64,000 bases of DNA from Octopus sinensis (lineage: Eukaryota). Location: the NCBI RefSeq assembly GCF_006345805.1, contig NC_042998.1, positions 116,684,001-116,748,000 on the forward strand, in the 5' to 3' direction. The position numbers and the translations under genes were made by a program. This document shows, piece after piece, positions 15,229 to 29,437 of the stretch. The stretch's first letter is position 1. Each line of letters starts with the position of its first letter. The notes beneath the pieces were generated by a model that had not been told where the DNA came from, ran no database searches, and saw only the letters and a list, made by a program, of their open reading frames with translations.

Positions 15229-15714
15229 ATATATAAAGACACACGTGAGTGTGTGTGTATATGTACGTATGTGCGGCAGAATGCGAATATGTAAATTTAT
15301 ATATATTTGTACGTTTTATCTATGTTTTTAAGTAAATATAAAGATACATAAATATGCTATAAAGAATTTAAATATATGACATTCTCAAATGTTATTGATA
15401 TAGATAGATTTACAATATATTTAACGTAACAATATTCGAAGCTTACACAATGTGAAATATTTAATTTATAAGCGTATTTATGTAAAATATTCATAGTTTA
15501 GAATTGATTCCGGGCGTGTTGCGAATCTTGAGAAAGAAATCAATTTCACGGGAAATTGCTCTTTTTATTAAAATGACGATAACAGTCTGGCGCCCAATTT
15601 TGCTATAAACATACACCACATGTGCACACATATGCACACAAATACCCACGCAAATATCAGTACGTGTAATGTGTGTATGCTTCTATATCCAGCACGCGCG
15701 TATACATACATAAA

Positions 15715-15725
15715 TACATATATAC

Positions 15726-15771
<46 letters not shown>

Positions 15772-15856
15772 TATATATATGTATGCATATATATATATAT
15801 ATGTGCATATAATGTATATATATATGCATATATATATATATGAATATATATATGCA

Positions 15857-15900
<44 letters not shown>

Positions 15901-15935
15901 TATTATATATATGCATATATACATATGTATATATT

Positions 15936-16033
<98 letters not shown>

Positions 16034-16088
16034 TTATTGATATATATATATATATATAATATATGCATATATATACGCTTATATATAT
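15715..16088. repeat. Degenerate (TA)n/(TATGCA)n microsatellite block
   Basis: Direct reading. Confidence 0.95.
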
Positions 16089-18156
16089 CGTCTCAACCAA
16101 CATTCCAAAAGTAGCGAACGTCCCGCCTGAAAACGACACTGATGGAGATCGAAAAAAAGCTGCAACAATCCTATGTGAAGGAGAAAGCAGACAAAGAAGC
16201 CTGGGTTATATAAAACATTAAATCAAACCCAGAGGCCTTCTTTCATTACGCGAAAGAAACAGTCTCAGTGCACTTCAAGATAGGACTCCTCCTCCAAAAG
16301 AATGGCTCCGTCACAGACAGCCCAACTATGATCAGTGAGATGCTGAATGGCCAGTTCAAAAGTGTCTTTACCATCCCGTTGGAACACAGACAAGTGAACG
16401 AACCAGTGGACTTCTTTGCCGCCTCAACTATAACCAGCGAGGCGGTTACAATAGAATGTATTGCCTTTAGCGAAAAAGATTTCCTACTAGCCATAGATGA
16501 AGTGGACACAAACTCAGCTGCTGGTCCAGACGGTTTCCCAGCCATCCTCGTCAAAGAGTGCAAGCATGCCCTGGCAAAACCCCTCAATATTCTCTTCCTG
16601 AGCTTTCTTGCGAATGGCAAACAGCCAAGCAAGCTGAAGGAGGGAATAATATGCCCAATACATAAAGGGGGAAGTAGAGCAGATGCCAAAAACTATAAGC
16701 CTGTCTCTCTGACTTCACACATCAGCAAAGTCATGGAACGGATAGTCAGAAAGAAACTAATCGCATTCCTTGACGAAAATAACTTGATGAGTAATACCCA
16801 ACATGGTTTTCGACCAGGTAGGAGCTGCCTGACCCAGCTCTTACAGCATTATGACTGTGTGTTGAGGCAGTTACTCAAAAAATCAAATGTGGAGGTAATC
16901 TACCTTGATTTTGCAAAAGCTTTTGACAAGGTGGATCATGGTATGATATGCCACAAACTAAGTGACCTCGGCATAGCTGGAAAACTTGGAGTGTGGTTGC
17001 ATGACTTCCTGAAAGATAGGAGTCAGGCAGTAGTGGTTAATGGAGCAACCTCTATGAACATACAAATAGTGAGCGGTTTTCCACAGGGCACTGTCTTGGG
17101 ACCACTGCTTTTTATAGTGGCCCTCTCAGATATGCCCTCAAATGCCCGGATAGCCACTCTGGCGAGCTATGCAGACGATACGAAAGTCTCGCAGAAAATA
17201 CAGAACCCCAGCGATGTTGCACACCTGCAGCAGGAGTTGGACTCAATCTACAGATCGGCTGAGGATAATAATATGCAGTTTAATGCTGAAAAATTCCAGG
17301 CCCTGCGCAACCAGCATCTAAAACTGAATATTAAACTTACTGGATACACCGGTCCACAGGGAATTTCAATCCCAGAGCCTAAGTCTGTGAGGGACCTGGG
17401 TATCGACATGAGTGATGATACCTCTTTCCAAGTGCACATTACCAGGATGGTGACAAAGTGCAGACGACTGGCTGGATGGATCCTAAGAACATTCAGAACC
17501 AGAGATAAGGAAACCATGATGGTCCTCTGATGGACATTCGTCTTCAGTCGCCTGGATTACTGCTCACAGCTATGGTCACCCACCAGTGTAAAATTAACAG
17601 CGGATCTTGAAGCCATCCAGAGAAGATTCACAAAGAATATCGCCTCTTTGCAACAGCTCAGCTACTGGGAAAGGTTGAAACAGCTAAGACTCTACTCCCT
17701 GGAGAGAAGACGGGAGAGGTATGCAGTAATATATGTCTGGAAGATCCTGGAAGGAATTGTGCCAAATTTTGGCATTGTAAGCTACACCAATGCTAGAACG
17801 GGACGACACTGCATAGAGCCAAAGATCCCAGCAATGCCATCACGCTTCAGGACCAGCTTCTGCAACAGCCTGGGTTTCAAGGGCCCACAGCTTTTTAATA
17901 TTCTCCCAAAGAGTCTGAGTTACTTGTACAAAGTAGATGTAGCGGTTTTTAAATCAAAGCTGGACGTCTTCCTGTCAAGATTCTCAGATGAACCTACCTC
18001 ACGGCAAGAGGTGCAAATGAGAGTAGCTGTATCAAACTCCATTCTTCACCAAGTGCCACATATTAGACGAGGTTCGTCGTAATAACAGTGTAGCACAAAA
18101 CGGCGGTGCATCAGCATGGCCGCAGCGCTGAGCTGAAACTAAAAAAAAAAAAAAAA
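16089..18156 (+). mobile_element. 5'-truncated CR1/Jockey-group non-LTR retrotransposon (RT and C-terminus), lightly decayed
   Basis: ORF 16268-17530 carries RT motifs GPDG, KGG..NYKPVSLTS, QHGFRPGRSC, YLDFAKAFDKVDH, PQGTVLGPLLF, YADDTK, NAEK and DLG. The C-terminus (LDYCSQLWSP; SYWERLKQLRLYSLERRRERY) continues after frameshifts. Ends in GGCGGTGCATCAGCATGGCCGCAGCGCTGAGCTGAAACT + A16. Confidence 0.95.
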
Positions 18157-18214
18157 TATATATGCATATATATATATATATATGCATATATATGCATATA
18201 TTATATATATATAT

Positions 18215-18274
<60 letters not shown>

Positions 18275-18895
18275 ATACATGCATATATATGTGTGTGTAG
18301 ATACACACACAAACGCACACAAGTATATATAGAGCGAGAGGGGAGATAGAGAGATAAAACAGACAGAGGATGTGATAACAGTCGAGATGGTCTTATGTGT
18401 GTGTGAGTGAGGTTCACACGCACTCTCATACTGACACACACTAGCTCGCGCGCGCATACGCACACATAATTAAAGTAATTTAGCATTGTAGAGAAGTGCA
18501 CTTCTGGTGTTTGTTCTAATGTAAATCTCCTAATGTTCCCATTTGCCCCTTGTAAACCAATTAATGTCATAGATTCTCTCTCCTCCCTACTTACTATCTT
18601 CCTTCCTTCTCCCACCCTCTCTCTCTTTCACTCTTGCTCTCTCCTTACTAAGCCGTTTAACAAGATAAGGTTCGTATGTAACTAGTCATTACGTCCACGA
18701 TGTCAGAAAGGCTTGAAATTACAGCTGTTATTTGTTAACGTTTGCTTTTAGTATTTATTAACGCTGCTGCTAATCCTTATGCGTGCGTGAATGTATCATT
18801 GGATGGATGCATGCATGCATTTATATCAGCAGGTATATTTGTACATAGATACGTTTGTACGTATGCATGTAAGTATACAGGTATGTACAGTCTCC

Positions 18896-19009
<114 letters not shown>

Positions 19010-19114
19010 TATATATATGTATATATATATATGTATATATACATACATACATATATGAATATATACATAAATGTATATATACACGTAGGCAGATATATAT
19101 TTTCTGCACGTGTA

Positions 19115-19190
<76 letters not shown>

Positions 19191-20958
19191 AAATGTAATT
19201 ATGAATTATTATATACATATATATATATGTATGTTATATGTTATATATATATGTATTTCATATGTATACTGTATATATATATGTGTGTGGGTGAGTGTGT
19301 GTGTGTGCTCGTGTATCTATATGTATGTTTTTGTTCGTAAGTATTTTGTCTATATATTCATGATAATAATCAAAGATATATTGGGATTTGGAAATTATCT
19401 GAGGCAATATTAGCATTTCTATCAATTTCCTCCTGTGTTTGTAGCAACATAAGTTCCTATCAAATCTTCACATCGTTTAATTTCTCTTGCTTGAGCAGAA
19501 ATTAATATATTTAACGTAATCAACGGAAAGGAAAGGAAGTAACACTTCGTATGCAAATAAGAATGAATTCTGAAATGTTAGCATACTTTTTAATCAGAAT
19601 ATTCGAAGTGATAGACAGTATGATAAGTGTATCTTTCTTGATAAGGTACTGAAATAGATGTGATTCCTATCAGTAGAGAATGGGAATCAATTGTATTTTG
19701 CTAGATACAGGGCATTGTCTTGATGGTTATTTTTTATATTGGAACGGTTATTGCCTCTTGGATAAGAACATAGCGTTTGTAGCGGTAAGACTTTGCGCTC
19801 AGTCACGCAGCGTAAAATTTCAGGTACATATCTTCTGCAAAAGCTACACTTATTTCTGAGTTATAGATTCATTCTGACTTCCAGTTTAACATTGCTTATT
19901 GATTATTGCGGGTATTTAGAGGAATCTGTTCTCCTTCTATCGTTTCAATCATCATTGATCTCCGAATTGTTCTCTGACCTGTATAAAACATTCTCTGTTT
20001 TGAAACCCTCCAAGTTCTCTTAGACGCAGTCCTTCCAATTGCATGTAAATGATAAAACTAATATCGCTTTGCCCGATGTTTTAAATGGTATGTCTATCAT
20101 GGATATTGAATATAGATAAATTAGTAAATTTTACGATAGTGAGTAAAAATTATTCCATCTTCATATTTATAAGTCAGCTACTTTTAATTTGCACCAAACC
20201 GAAATATCTGTCAAACGAAATTGTGAGAAATTTCTCCTTTATTCTTCGCATTTGGATCGTGTGTACCTGACTATGCTTCTGCTCACGTGTTTCTTATTTC
20301 AGTTTGGAAGTTTGGAAGTTTGGAAGTTTTTGTTATGTCAATGTGTGTGATGCTGTGTTTGCACATGCTTGCATATATGCGTGCGCGTTTTGCATGTGTG
20401 ATTTCTTTTGGTATGCATTTTTGAAAAACCAATGAATTCAACACCTTCACTTTGCTCATGACTCCAACAGGAACAGCAAGTTTTAAGTATACTACATAGA
20501 GCATGAAATCCAGTCTCTACAAAACCCGTATTTGAAAAATGGATTAAGTATTAATACAAACTGGGTGGCTGAGTTTGAAATGAAATTCATGACCATGATA
20601 AGCAAACAGTCGATAAATGAACTAAGATGTGAGAGACTTTAGGTGATCGATCAGTCGACCGTTTTCATTCAAGGCGATCGAAAATCATAAAAACAATACA
20701 TGGTGTTGGATTGTCAGATTATTATAACATCGGATAGGTTACTTCGCTGTACAGGTTCTCAGTTTGTTATTTTTTTTTCTTCTGATTTTATGCTTCACGA
20801 AACAGGGTGGCCTAAGAACCATACATTTGACAATACATGAAGAAGAAACAATAAGCACAGTATAGCTAGAGCGCAATGCAGGTCAGAATACTGCATGTTT
20901 ATCTAGGTTTAGACAACAGCATCAATAATGAAAACAACACCCGCAACATGAATAGGGG

Positions 20959-21020
20959 TAGCACTAACAACAGAGAAATAACTCAGAATAGCACTAACAA
21001 CAGAGAAATAATTAAGAATA
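20959..21020 (+). repeat. 30-bp tandem duplication
   Basis: tagcactaacaacagagaaataa occurs twice with a 30-bp period. Confidence 0.85.
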
Positions 21021-21204
21021 GAATCCTATCATAAAACACAGAACAGAAATTCAAAGCATACCAATCTATCAGAGATGTCGATGTTTTAATAGACTGTTTA
21101 CATAATTGGTAGCAAGTCGAAATATTTGCCTTATTAGGGGCTTCAATTCCAAAACAGTTGCACATAGGGCAATTGTCTAAAAAATGTCTAAAAAATTGTC
21201 TAAA

Positions 21205-21236
21205 AAATGTGATTTCAAAAGCTTGAAATCACATTT
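21205..21236. repeat. 14-bp-arm hairpin preceded by three ~12-bp tandem units
   Basis: aaatgtgatttcaa-aagc-ttgaaatcacattt, with (tgtctaaaaaa)x3 immediately upstream. Confidence 0.85.
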
Positions 21237-21892
21237 ATTAGGTGGAAATATGGAAGCCTGAAGGTAGCCACTTCTCTGTTCTTTGGTGAGAAATTGAATC
21301 AAGAACATTGATTAACATATATCACAATCTGGTTGTTCCTTGACTTTACCAAGTTCTATTCTTTGCAAGCATTATGACTAGGTCACTGGAATGAGGATCA
21401 CAATCTCCGTCTTCCAATCAGCCTTGGTGGCTCTGCAAAACTTATTGACTTTTGTCTTTCACGTCTGCGAAGGCAAAATGGAAATACTAACAAGACAATA
21501 GCTTATTTCTAGTTCTTATATATTTAGAATCATCAAACAAGTTATTGAACTGTTTATAAACATTCCATAACTTGTTTATAAAATTTATTCAATACACCGA
21601 CAGAATATAAATTAAAATTCATATGCTCTATATTTATAGTATATACAAAGTTCTCTCTTTCAAAATCATTCTCCGTTCTTCCTTTCTTTTTTCCTCTCTT
21701 TTTTTCGTCCTTTCTTTCTTCTCTCTCACTAAATCTTATATCTGTTGGATGTCGTTTGTGATTATATTACTACTTTTATAGATATTTACCCTTCATTTTC
21801 AAGCCATTCTATTCATGCGTACATATATAGAAATGTTTGTGCCTACGTATGTATGCAACTATCTCTCTCCGTCTCTTCCCCTCTCTCTCTCT

Positions 21893-21936
<44 letters not shown>

Positions 21937-21983
21937 TATATTATATTTATAATATATGAATATATAGAATGCATAGCCGTATG

Positions 21984-22027
<44 letters not shown>

Positions 22028-22284
22028 ATATATATATAATATATATGCGTGTATGTGTGTGTATGTATTTATGTATGCATGGTTATAATAAGGAAGATAG
22101 TGATACAGTGAAATCATCGAATACATATATTTAAAGTTTACATAATATATATTAGGAAATCTATACATTACGTATGACTTCTTGAGATAAAGCATTCCAA
22201 TGTTATGAAGAAATTAATGGAAATATATTTCTACATATGTATGGTTAGAGCAGTAAGTCGGCTATTAATTTCGATTATATATAG

Positions 22285-22530
22285 CCGCCATTGTATTATA
22301 ACAAAGGTACCATCTAATCCACCTAATTTCAGGACCAGTTTTTGCAATAGTATACTGTTCAAAGGCCGACAGCTCTTTAATGCCCTGCCATAAAAATTAA
22401 GTAATCTGCATTAGGTGGATGTAGATGTTTTCAAAAAAGTAACTAGACCTCATTTACACAAAACCGGATTAACCAACAGCACAACGTGAGGTGCAGACGA
22501 AGGTAGTGGAATCAAAATCCCTTGTAGACC
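22285..22530 (+). mobile_element. Old 3' fragment of the same CR1/Jockey-group LINE family
   Basis: RHCIITKVPSNPPNFRTSFCNSILFKGRQLFNALP aligns with RHCIEPKIPAMPSRFRTSFCNSLGFKGPQLFNILP of the 16-18 kb copy. Confidence 0.75.
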
Positions 22531-22606
22531 AAATATAACAACATTTGAGACAAAGGCACATACAAAAACGCAGACACACAAATACATACGTGTATATGTG
22601 TGTGTG

Positions 22607-22656
<50 letters not shown>

Positions 22657-22948
22657 AAAGAGAAAGAATATGCTCAAGTAGAACAATTCAAACGTGTTGA
22701 GGTTTCCAAAATGAGGAAATATTTCTAATAAATATTCATCATATCCAAAAATACTGCTTGATAGAGCAAGCTATTAAAATATAAGAATATCAAGTAAAAA
22801 GGGTGTTATAGGCATGTATAAGATAAAATCGTATATATAACACTGTAAACAATAATAAAAATGAAGAGACGTTAAAACTTCAAAATAGAATTTAATATCC
22901 ACATATGACTGTTTCAAGGGCAATAGAAATATGTAAGAAAAACATTAA

Positions 22949-23043
<95 letters not shown>

Positions 23044-23046
23044 TAA

Positions 23047-24608
23047 TACTTGGATTAGAAAAATGCGCCAAAGTAACCATGAAAAGAGGAAAACTAGTTA
23101 AGAGTAACAACATCACACTAGATGAAGCAAATGAAATAAAAGAATTAGACCAAAGCCAAACTTACAAATACTTAGGAATCCATGAACTAGATAAGACACA
23201 ACACACACAAATGAAAGAGAAAATAAAAAAAGAATATTATAGACGAGTTAGATCAATACTAAACACAGAGCTCAATGCTAAAAACAAGATAATAGGTATC
23301 AACACTTTAGCTGTCCCAGTTATAAGTTACAGCTACAATATCCTTAACTGGACACGAAATGAACTGACCAAAATAGACAGGAAAACAAGAAAAATAATGA
23401 CAGGATCTAGGATGCATCACCCAAAATCTGACATAGAAACACTATATATACAACGTATAGAAGGTGGTAGAGGCCTTATACAGCTGGAAAACTACTATAA
23501 AATAACCACCATAGGACTGCAAAAATATCTACTTCAGAAGGAAGGAAAACTGATCCAGATAGCGGCAAAACACGAGCAAAACAAAACTGTTCTCAGTATT
23601 TAAGAAAGCTGACAAATACAAACAAGAAATCATACCACCTAATAAACATGAAGAAGAAGAAGAAGATGAAGAAACAACAAAAGCTATAAAAAAATGAAAT
23701 CCAAACTAAAAATAGAACAGCAACGAAGCATGATAAAACGATGGCAAGAAAAGCCCCTTCATGGTAAATACTGGACTAAACTAAACGCAAAGAAATAGAC
23801 AAAGAAAAATCCCAGCAATGGTAGAAGCTCAGGACTCAAAGCAGAAACAGAGGTATTTTTAATTGCAGCACAAGACCAAAGCCTCCCCACCAGAAATTAC
23901 CAAAAACATGTAATGAAAAGAAATATTACAAGTAACTGCAGAATATGTGGAGATGGACAAGAAACAATAAATCATATTATCTCTAGCTGCCCAGTCCTGG
24001 CTAAGAAGGAATATATTCACAGACATGACAGAGTTGGAACTTACATACATTGGAAGCTATGCCAACATTATGGAATAACAACAGAAAAAAGATGGTATAG
24101 GCACACACCAGAAAAGGTCACAGAAAACGAGAAAGCAACCATACTCTGGGATATGCCGATACACACAGATAGAGAAATTAAGGCCAACAGACCAGATATA
24201 GTTGTCAGAGACCATGAAGAAAAAAATGCTTTCTAATTGATGTATCAGTACCGGCAGATGACAACGTGTCTCTAAAAGAAATGGAGAAACTCTCAAAATA
24301 CAAAGACCTGGAAATAGAGGTAACTAGAATGTGGAATCTGAAAACAGAAACAATTCCTATCATAGTAGGTGCATTAGGCATGATAAAAAAATATTCAGAC
24401 AAATACATAACAAAAACACCAGGACTTACAAACACATATAACATACAGAAAATTGCACTACTGAGCACTGCACACATCCTACGCAGAACACTTTCCATAC
24501 AATAACCATCAGAGCATCACAACAAATCACAGCACATACCCAAGGCACACAGAGCTGCGCTCAGTAGTGAAGTGAAAGCACGCTATAAAAATAAAAATAA
24601 AACTACTG
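23047..24608 (+). mobile_element. 5'-truncated Dong/R4-clade non-LTR retrotransposon (RT C-terminus, CCHC finger, restriction-like endonuclease) inserted in (TAA)n
   Basis: LGLEKC..YKYLGI..GGRGL; CRICGDGQETINHIISSC zinc knuckle; RPDIVVRD..LIDVSVP..EKLSKY RLE motif; IVGALG..IQKIALLSTAHILRRTL. (AAT)n arrays lie at both ends (22945-23043 and 24609-24674). Confidence 0.9.
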
Positions 24609-24641
24609 AATAATAATAATAATAATATAATAATAATAATA

Positions 24642-24676
<35 letters not shown>

Positions 24677-25074
24677 GTCATGTATCACCATTCTCATCAA
24701 TGTAGACAAATTTAAGGAAAACACCACACCAAACCACACACCAGGGCACCACATCACAGCACCCAAAACACCTCCACAAACACTAGCACTGACAACTTTC
24801 CAGCACCCATACTACACACCATCAGCCCCAAACCCACACACCATCATCCACAGAACAATACATTACAGACACTCACACTTATATACGCACACATCTATAC
24901 GTCAAAGTCACTAGACCCTATCCACACGCACATGCACACACGCACACACACTCACATACACACACGCACACACACTCACAAACACACATGCACACATACC
25001 TTCATTTTGGGATCACCAGTACCTTATTATCTCCCCTTCTTATAGCTATCCTGTCCAACTCACTATTTACAACC

Positions 25075-25499
25075 AGTCGCAATGATACATAGCTAAATCC
25101 ACCAGTTTTTTCTCTCTCTGATTCTTTTACCTTCGGTTGAAGAGCGTAAGCTTGAAACGAACGTCAAAATAATACACCTGCTTGTTTATATACCTTATTC
25201 TTTCCCAAGAATTTCATCTCTTATGTCCCTGTCGTAAAGCTTCACTTACACGCCATTTAATTCGTCGTTAGTCGAAAGATGCCTGTTGTTATTGCCCTGT
25301 TGTTTGTATTTGTAACTGCGTACTATTTCTATGTTTATTTCGTCCTTGTTTTTTTATACATTCGCTTGCTTTCTTCCAAGGAATCTAGGGCTCTTAGCTT
25401 AAATTTACTTCGGGGTGGCCAGACTGGAGCAGTCTCGTGTGTAACCGGCCGAAATTGCTGTTGTCGCCTGTTACGTTCAAGTTCTATTTTTTGTTTTCT

Positions 25500-25500
<1 letters not shown>
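25075..25500 (+). mobile_element. Dispersed repeat, probably a Penelope pseudo-LTR remnant (copy 1)
   Basis: Shares tcgc(a/c)atgata..tttttctctc..ttc.gt.gaagagcgta.gct.gaaa with 31320-31505. The PLE assignment rests on the hammerhead-like GAGC-GTAR-GCTY-GAAA motif and is an inference. Confidence 0.45.
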
Positions 25501-25531
<31 letters not shown>

Positions 25532-25535
25532 ATAT

Positions 25536-25554
25536 AATACTTTGTATTGCATTA

Positions 25555-25623
<69 letters not shown>

Positions 25624-25646
25624 TCAGTAATGCAATACAAAGTATT
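25536..25646. repeat. Palindrome: 25-bp perfect arms around a (TA)n core
   Basis: aatactttgtattgcattactgata (25536-25560) ... tatcagtaatgcaatacaaagtatt (25622-25646). The intervening (TA)n is itself nearly self-complementary. Confidence 0.9.
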
Positions 25647-25683
25647 GCCTTCCAGTAAAAAGTAGCCCGTGAGGGAAAAATAC

Positions 25684-25747
25684 ACAAATTAGTAAATAAA
25701 TGGCACAAATATCGGTACTTAGTTGTGCCATTTATTTACTAATTTGT
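25684..25747. repeat. Hairpin: 25-bp perfect arms, 14-nt loop
   Basis: acaaattagtaaataaatggcacaa / ttgtgccatttatttactaatttgt, followed by (TA)n. Confidence 0.9.
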
Positions 25748-27175
25748 ATATATATATATATATATATACGCATATATATTGTGTAAAGTCCCCTCCAGTC
25801 ACAAATACAGAGTCCGGGCAAGTTTGTATGTGGGATACCAGCATTCTCCCATGCATAAGAGTCTCCCCTCTTCATGCCACCATTGTCCAAGGAAAAAACA
25901 AATGTAGTGACTCCGAATATTATTATGTGTGCACGCTACGTCATAAATAATGAAAGCTTGCATAAAATCATTTCTCTTAGTGTGACTGGGTGAGTGAATG
26001 TGTGTGTATGTGCGTGTGCCTGTGTGTGTGTGCCCGTCCATTAGTTTTTGCGTCGCTCGCAAAGATCGCTAGCTCTACTTTTCTAATGTATTTATAGTAA
26101 TCAGGTGTTTAGTTACGAGATGCTCAGGATGTTTACTTCCTAGATACGAGACGATAAATATTAATTATCATCATAATGATTAATTCAAACAAGCTTAACA
26201 GAACATATCCGTATGTAGGAAACAAATCCAGAAGAATTGCTGGGAAATATAGGGTATCTAATAGGAGATGTTATCTTTGGGTGTTTCTATAAACCCGAAT
26301 ATATATCTGGCGCCGTGAATGCAAGCACTAGCACCTAAATATGCATGTAAGCCTGACGCTTATGTGTGCTAGTTTTATATGATGTATGTGCTTGTGTTAG
26401 ATACTTGTTCATGTGAATAAGTGTTTGCAATCATATTATTGTAAATTTATTGGTTACTATCTTTATAAATATGGCGTAAATTACTTCTCACTATTTTATC
26501 TCAATATAACTGTGTCTAAACACTTATACACAAATGCATGCACAAACTGCCACATACGCATACGTGTACTATCCAGCACGAATACATATGTGCGTATTCA
26601 TGTAAGTATAATGCGGCAGTGTGTGAGATAAGAGTGGAGAAAGTGTACCAGCGTTAGTTGGAAGGTTATATAGCATGGACATCTGAAAGTGTTTATCGAA
26701 TTAAACAGCCAGCTAGAAGCTTGTATTAACTGGAACTTCCGTTTGCTAACTTTGTTTTACAACTTCGGGAATGCGGTACAAATTATACAAAAGAAATTGT
26801 ATTAAAATAGAGACTTGATACAAGTAATGTGCAAAGATAAATGCTTTCATGATATACACAACATCCTACACATTGCAATGCCGGGGAAGCGACGTAGAAG
26901 GATAATTCGTTAATTTTTCTTCTCTTTAATGTAAGTAGTACAAAGTATGATATAAACAGCCGGAAATACACCGGAGATAAGTATGGTCTGAAATGAATAT
27001 CATCAAAATCAGAATGAAAACACTTCCTTCTGTTTTATACACAGATTAGGTGAGTCGTACGTTGAAAGACAAGACTGAAAAGTCTTCAAATTGTTTTCGA
27101 ATACAGATATATGAGTATACATACGTACACGTATAGGTGAACTCACACACACACACACACATATGTATATATATA

Positions 27176-27247
<72 letters not shown>

Positions 27248-29353
27248 CATGTAGGTTTGCATGTTCGAGTCATCAGCGACTAAAGTGGCAATCCCATCAA
27301 GCTTGCTTGGTGAGGATGGTGAATATTGGAAATACTAGAGGACTAAAAATAAGACCTGCCCGAGGACAGAAGAGATTAAGAGTAGTCAACGACCATCCAA
27401 CAAAATGTGTACATGTGCATGTATGTATGTATGCATGCGCGTACATGCATACATAGTGTCCAGGTGCACGTTTGACACACAGAGAGTGGGAGGCCTGTCT
27501 TTTATTGCCACCACATCTCTTTATGAGCGGGAAACGCTGAGAGAGACTGACACACTGACAACATTGGATGTAGTAGACTAGTTCTTCTTATTGCGTTTAT
27601 TTTCAGAGAATAGGATTTGATTTGTGCAAACCCTCTCCTCACTATCACAAATCATCATACCCAGGCATTGCTTGAAAAAAATAGAAAAGCTATCACAAAA
27701 AAGGCTGGTGTGGGACCTTCGATCAGGCGATGGCAGTTCTCAAATGAGTTTGCAGCCATCATGTATAAATACACATACACATAAAGGCAGGCTGAACATT
27801 TCATATGATGACTATCCAGAGCTGATGCAACAGCTATCTTGCAAAAATTAATTTCAACTCCTTTGATTAATATATGCATTGTTCCCTTTCCGATGAACCA
27901 AAATCTGACTGTTCAAAGTTTTCAAACGTAATAACTAACAACTTCTGTTGAAAGTAGACACACTTTAGTAAGATGCGACCTGTCACCTCCAATACAGGAA
28001 ACAATGATTAAAGCAATCACTTGTATTACCAATAGCCATGGAACAGAATTAATATTTCCCCACATGGTGGTGATTAAAATACAATTTTATGAATTATACT
28101 AAATGTAGACGTATATTTTCAACTTGCTTTGCAATAATGCTTTTTGAGTAAATACGATACGTAGATATGTATTTTAATAAGATACTGTTTCTATTAGAAA
28201 TAACGGATATATAATATGGCTATATATATATATATATATAATGGCTATGTATATACATATGGTGAGAGAGAGAGAGAGAGGTTATAATAAGAAACGAAAA
28301 ACAAAATACAAAACACCACTCGAAGAAACATTTAATTTAGATGGAGAATATAAACACATAGAATCTTTCACGATTGATTCTAGAATAGACAGGCATGTTG
28401 AACATGGTATTGTGCAAGGATTAATTAATTTAATTATTTCGTCATCGGAGATGCAGGTGTCAAAATGAAGAAACGTCTCAAGTGAATGATATTAATAATT
28501 TCCGGTATGTCAAAAAGTATAGATGCTCTGAGTGAGATATATATGCATAGATCTGGTTGACATATATGTGGATAGATCTCCAAAATGATATTTTCCATCC
28601 CTACCACGCTCCAGATGAGAAATAAATTATGTAATCATCTAATCTTATAACTTCCCATCTGTTCTTAAATTCATCATAGCGTGTCCGATAGAAGTTCCTA
28701 TCTCTCACTGCCAATTAGGAAATAATTGAGCAGTATGCCGAATTTGATAACATTGTAATAACTTAAGCTGGTTATAAGAACTCGATTAGTATATCTCAAT
28801 ATTAAGTAAACCTTCCTCACCTGGATCTCTCATTGTAGATGCTTCTATCTCTATAAATAAAACTGAAAGGTTTCCACCTTGAACTACCCGTATAAATCCC
28901 TTCCGTCCTTTCCTAAATTTAACCCTCGTGACAAATCCGCTCGGCACGCTTCCAACTATATGATCTTGGGCACGAATTTTGCTCCCGCCCAGAGGCATTC
29001 GAGTCATTGTTTGCCAACCTACTCCAAGGTATATGGGAGTAGCCACTTAAAACAAAACAAGCGTAATCTGGTTTCACCCCGCACACCTTAAAATTAATGT
29101 CCAAAGAAGGCTACCCAAACGTATTTTTCGCAGTTACAAAATCACATCCCTAAACCGGGTACTCTTCCCTAAATCTTGTCCAATAATTGGGCTCTCAGCA
29201 TTGCAGAAGTCATAACTATTATGCAATGGAGCATTCGCATAAACTATAGAAGCTGGGTCTAATTCTCGAAATACGCTGAAGGAATATCATTATTTTGTAA
29301 TGAGTTTGATATTCACGTAATATTGTAGAGTAACAAATTCAACTGAATCTTAC

Positions 29354-29437
<84 letters not shown>

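Noticed and set aside
22945-23045. CRISPR-like or prokaryotic features
   Set aside because: No repeat-spacer arrays, operons or rRNA/tRNA genes were seen here or elsewhere in the window. tRNA-like boxes belong to SINE heads.
26255-26329. Minus-strand GASACIHGARYIFGFIETPK resembling GVYAIFGF of AMPA receptors
   Set aside because: In-frame stop after 25 codons with no credible donor, so treated as a chance match.
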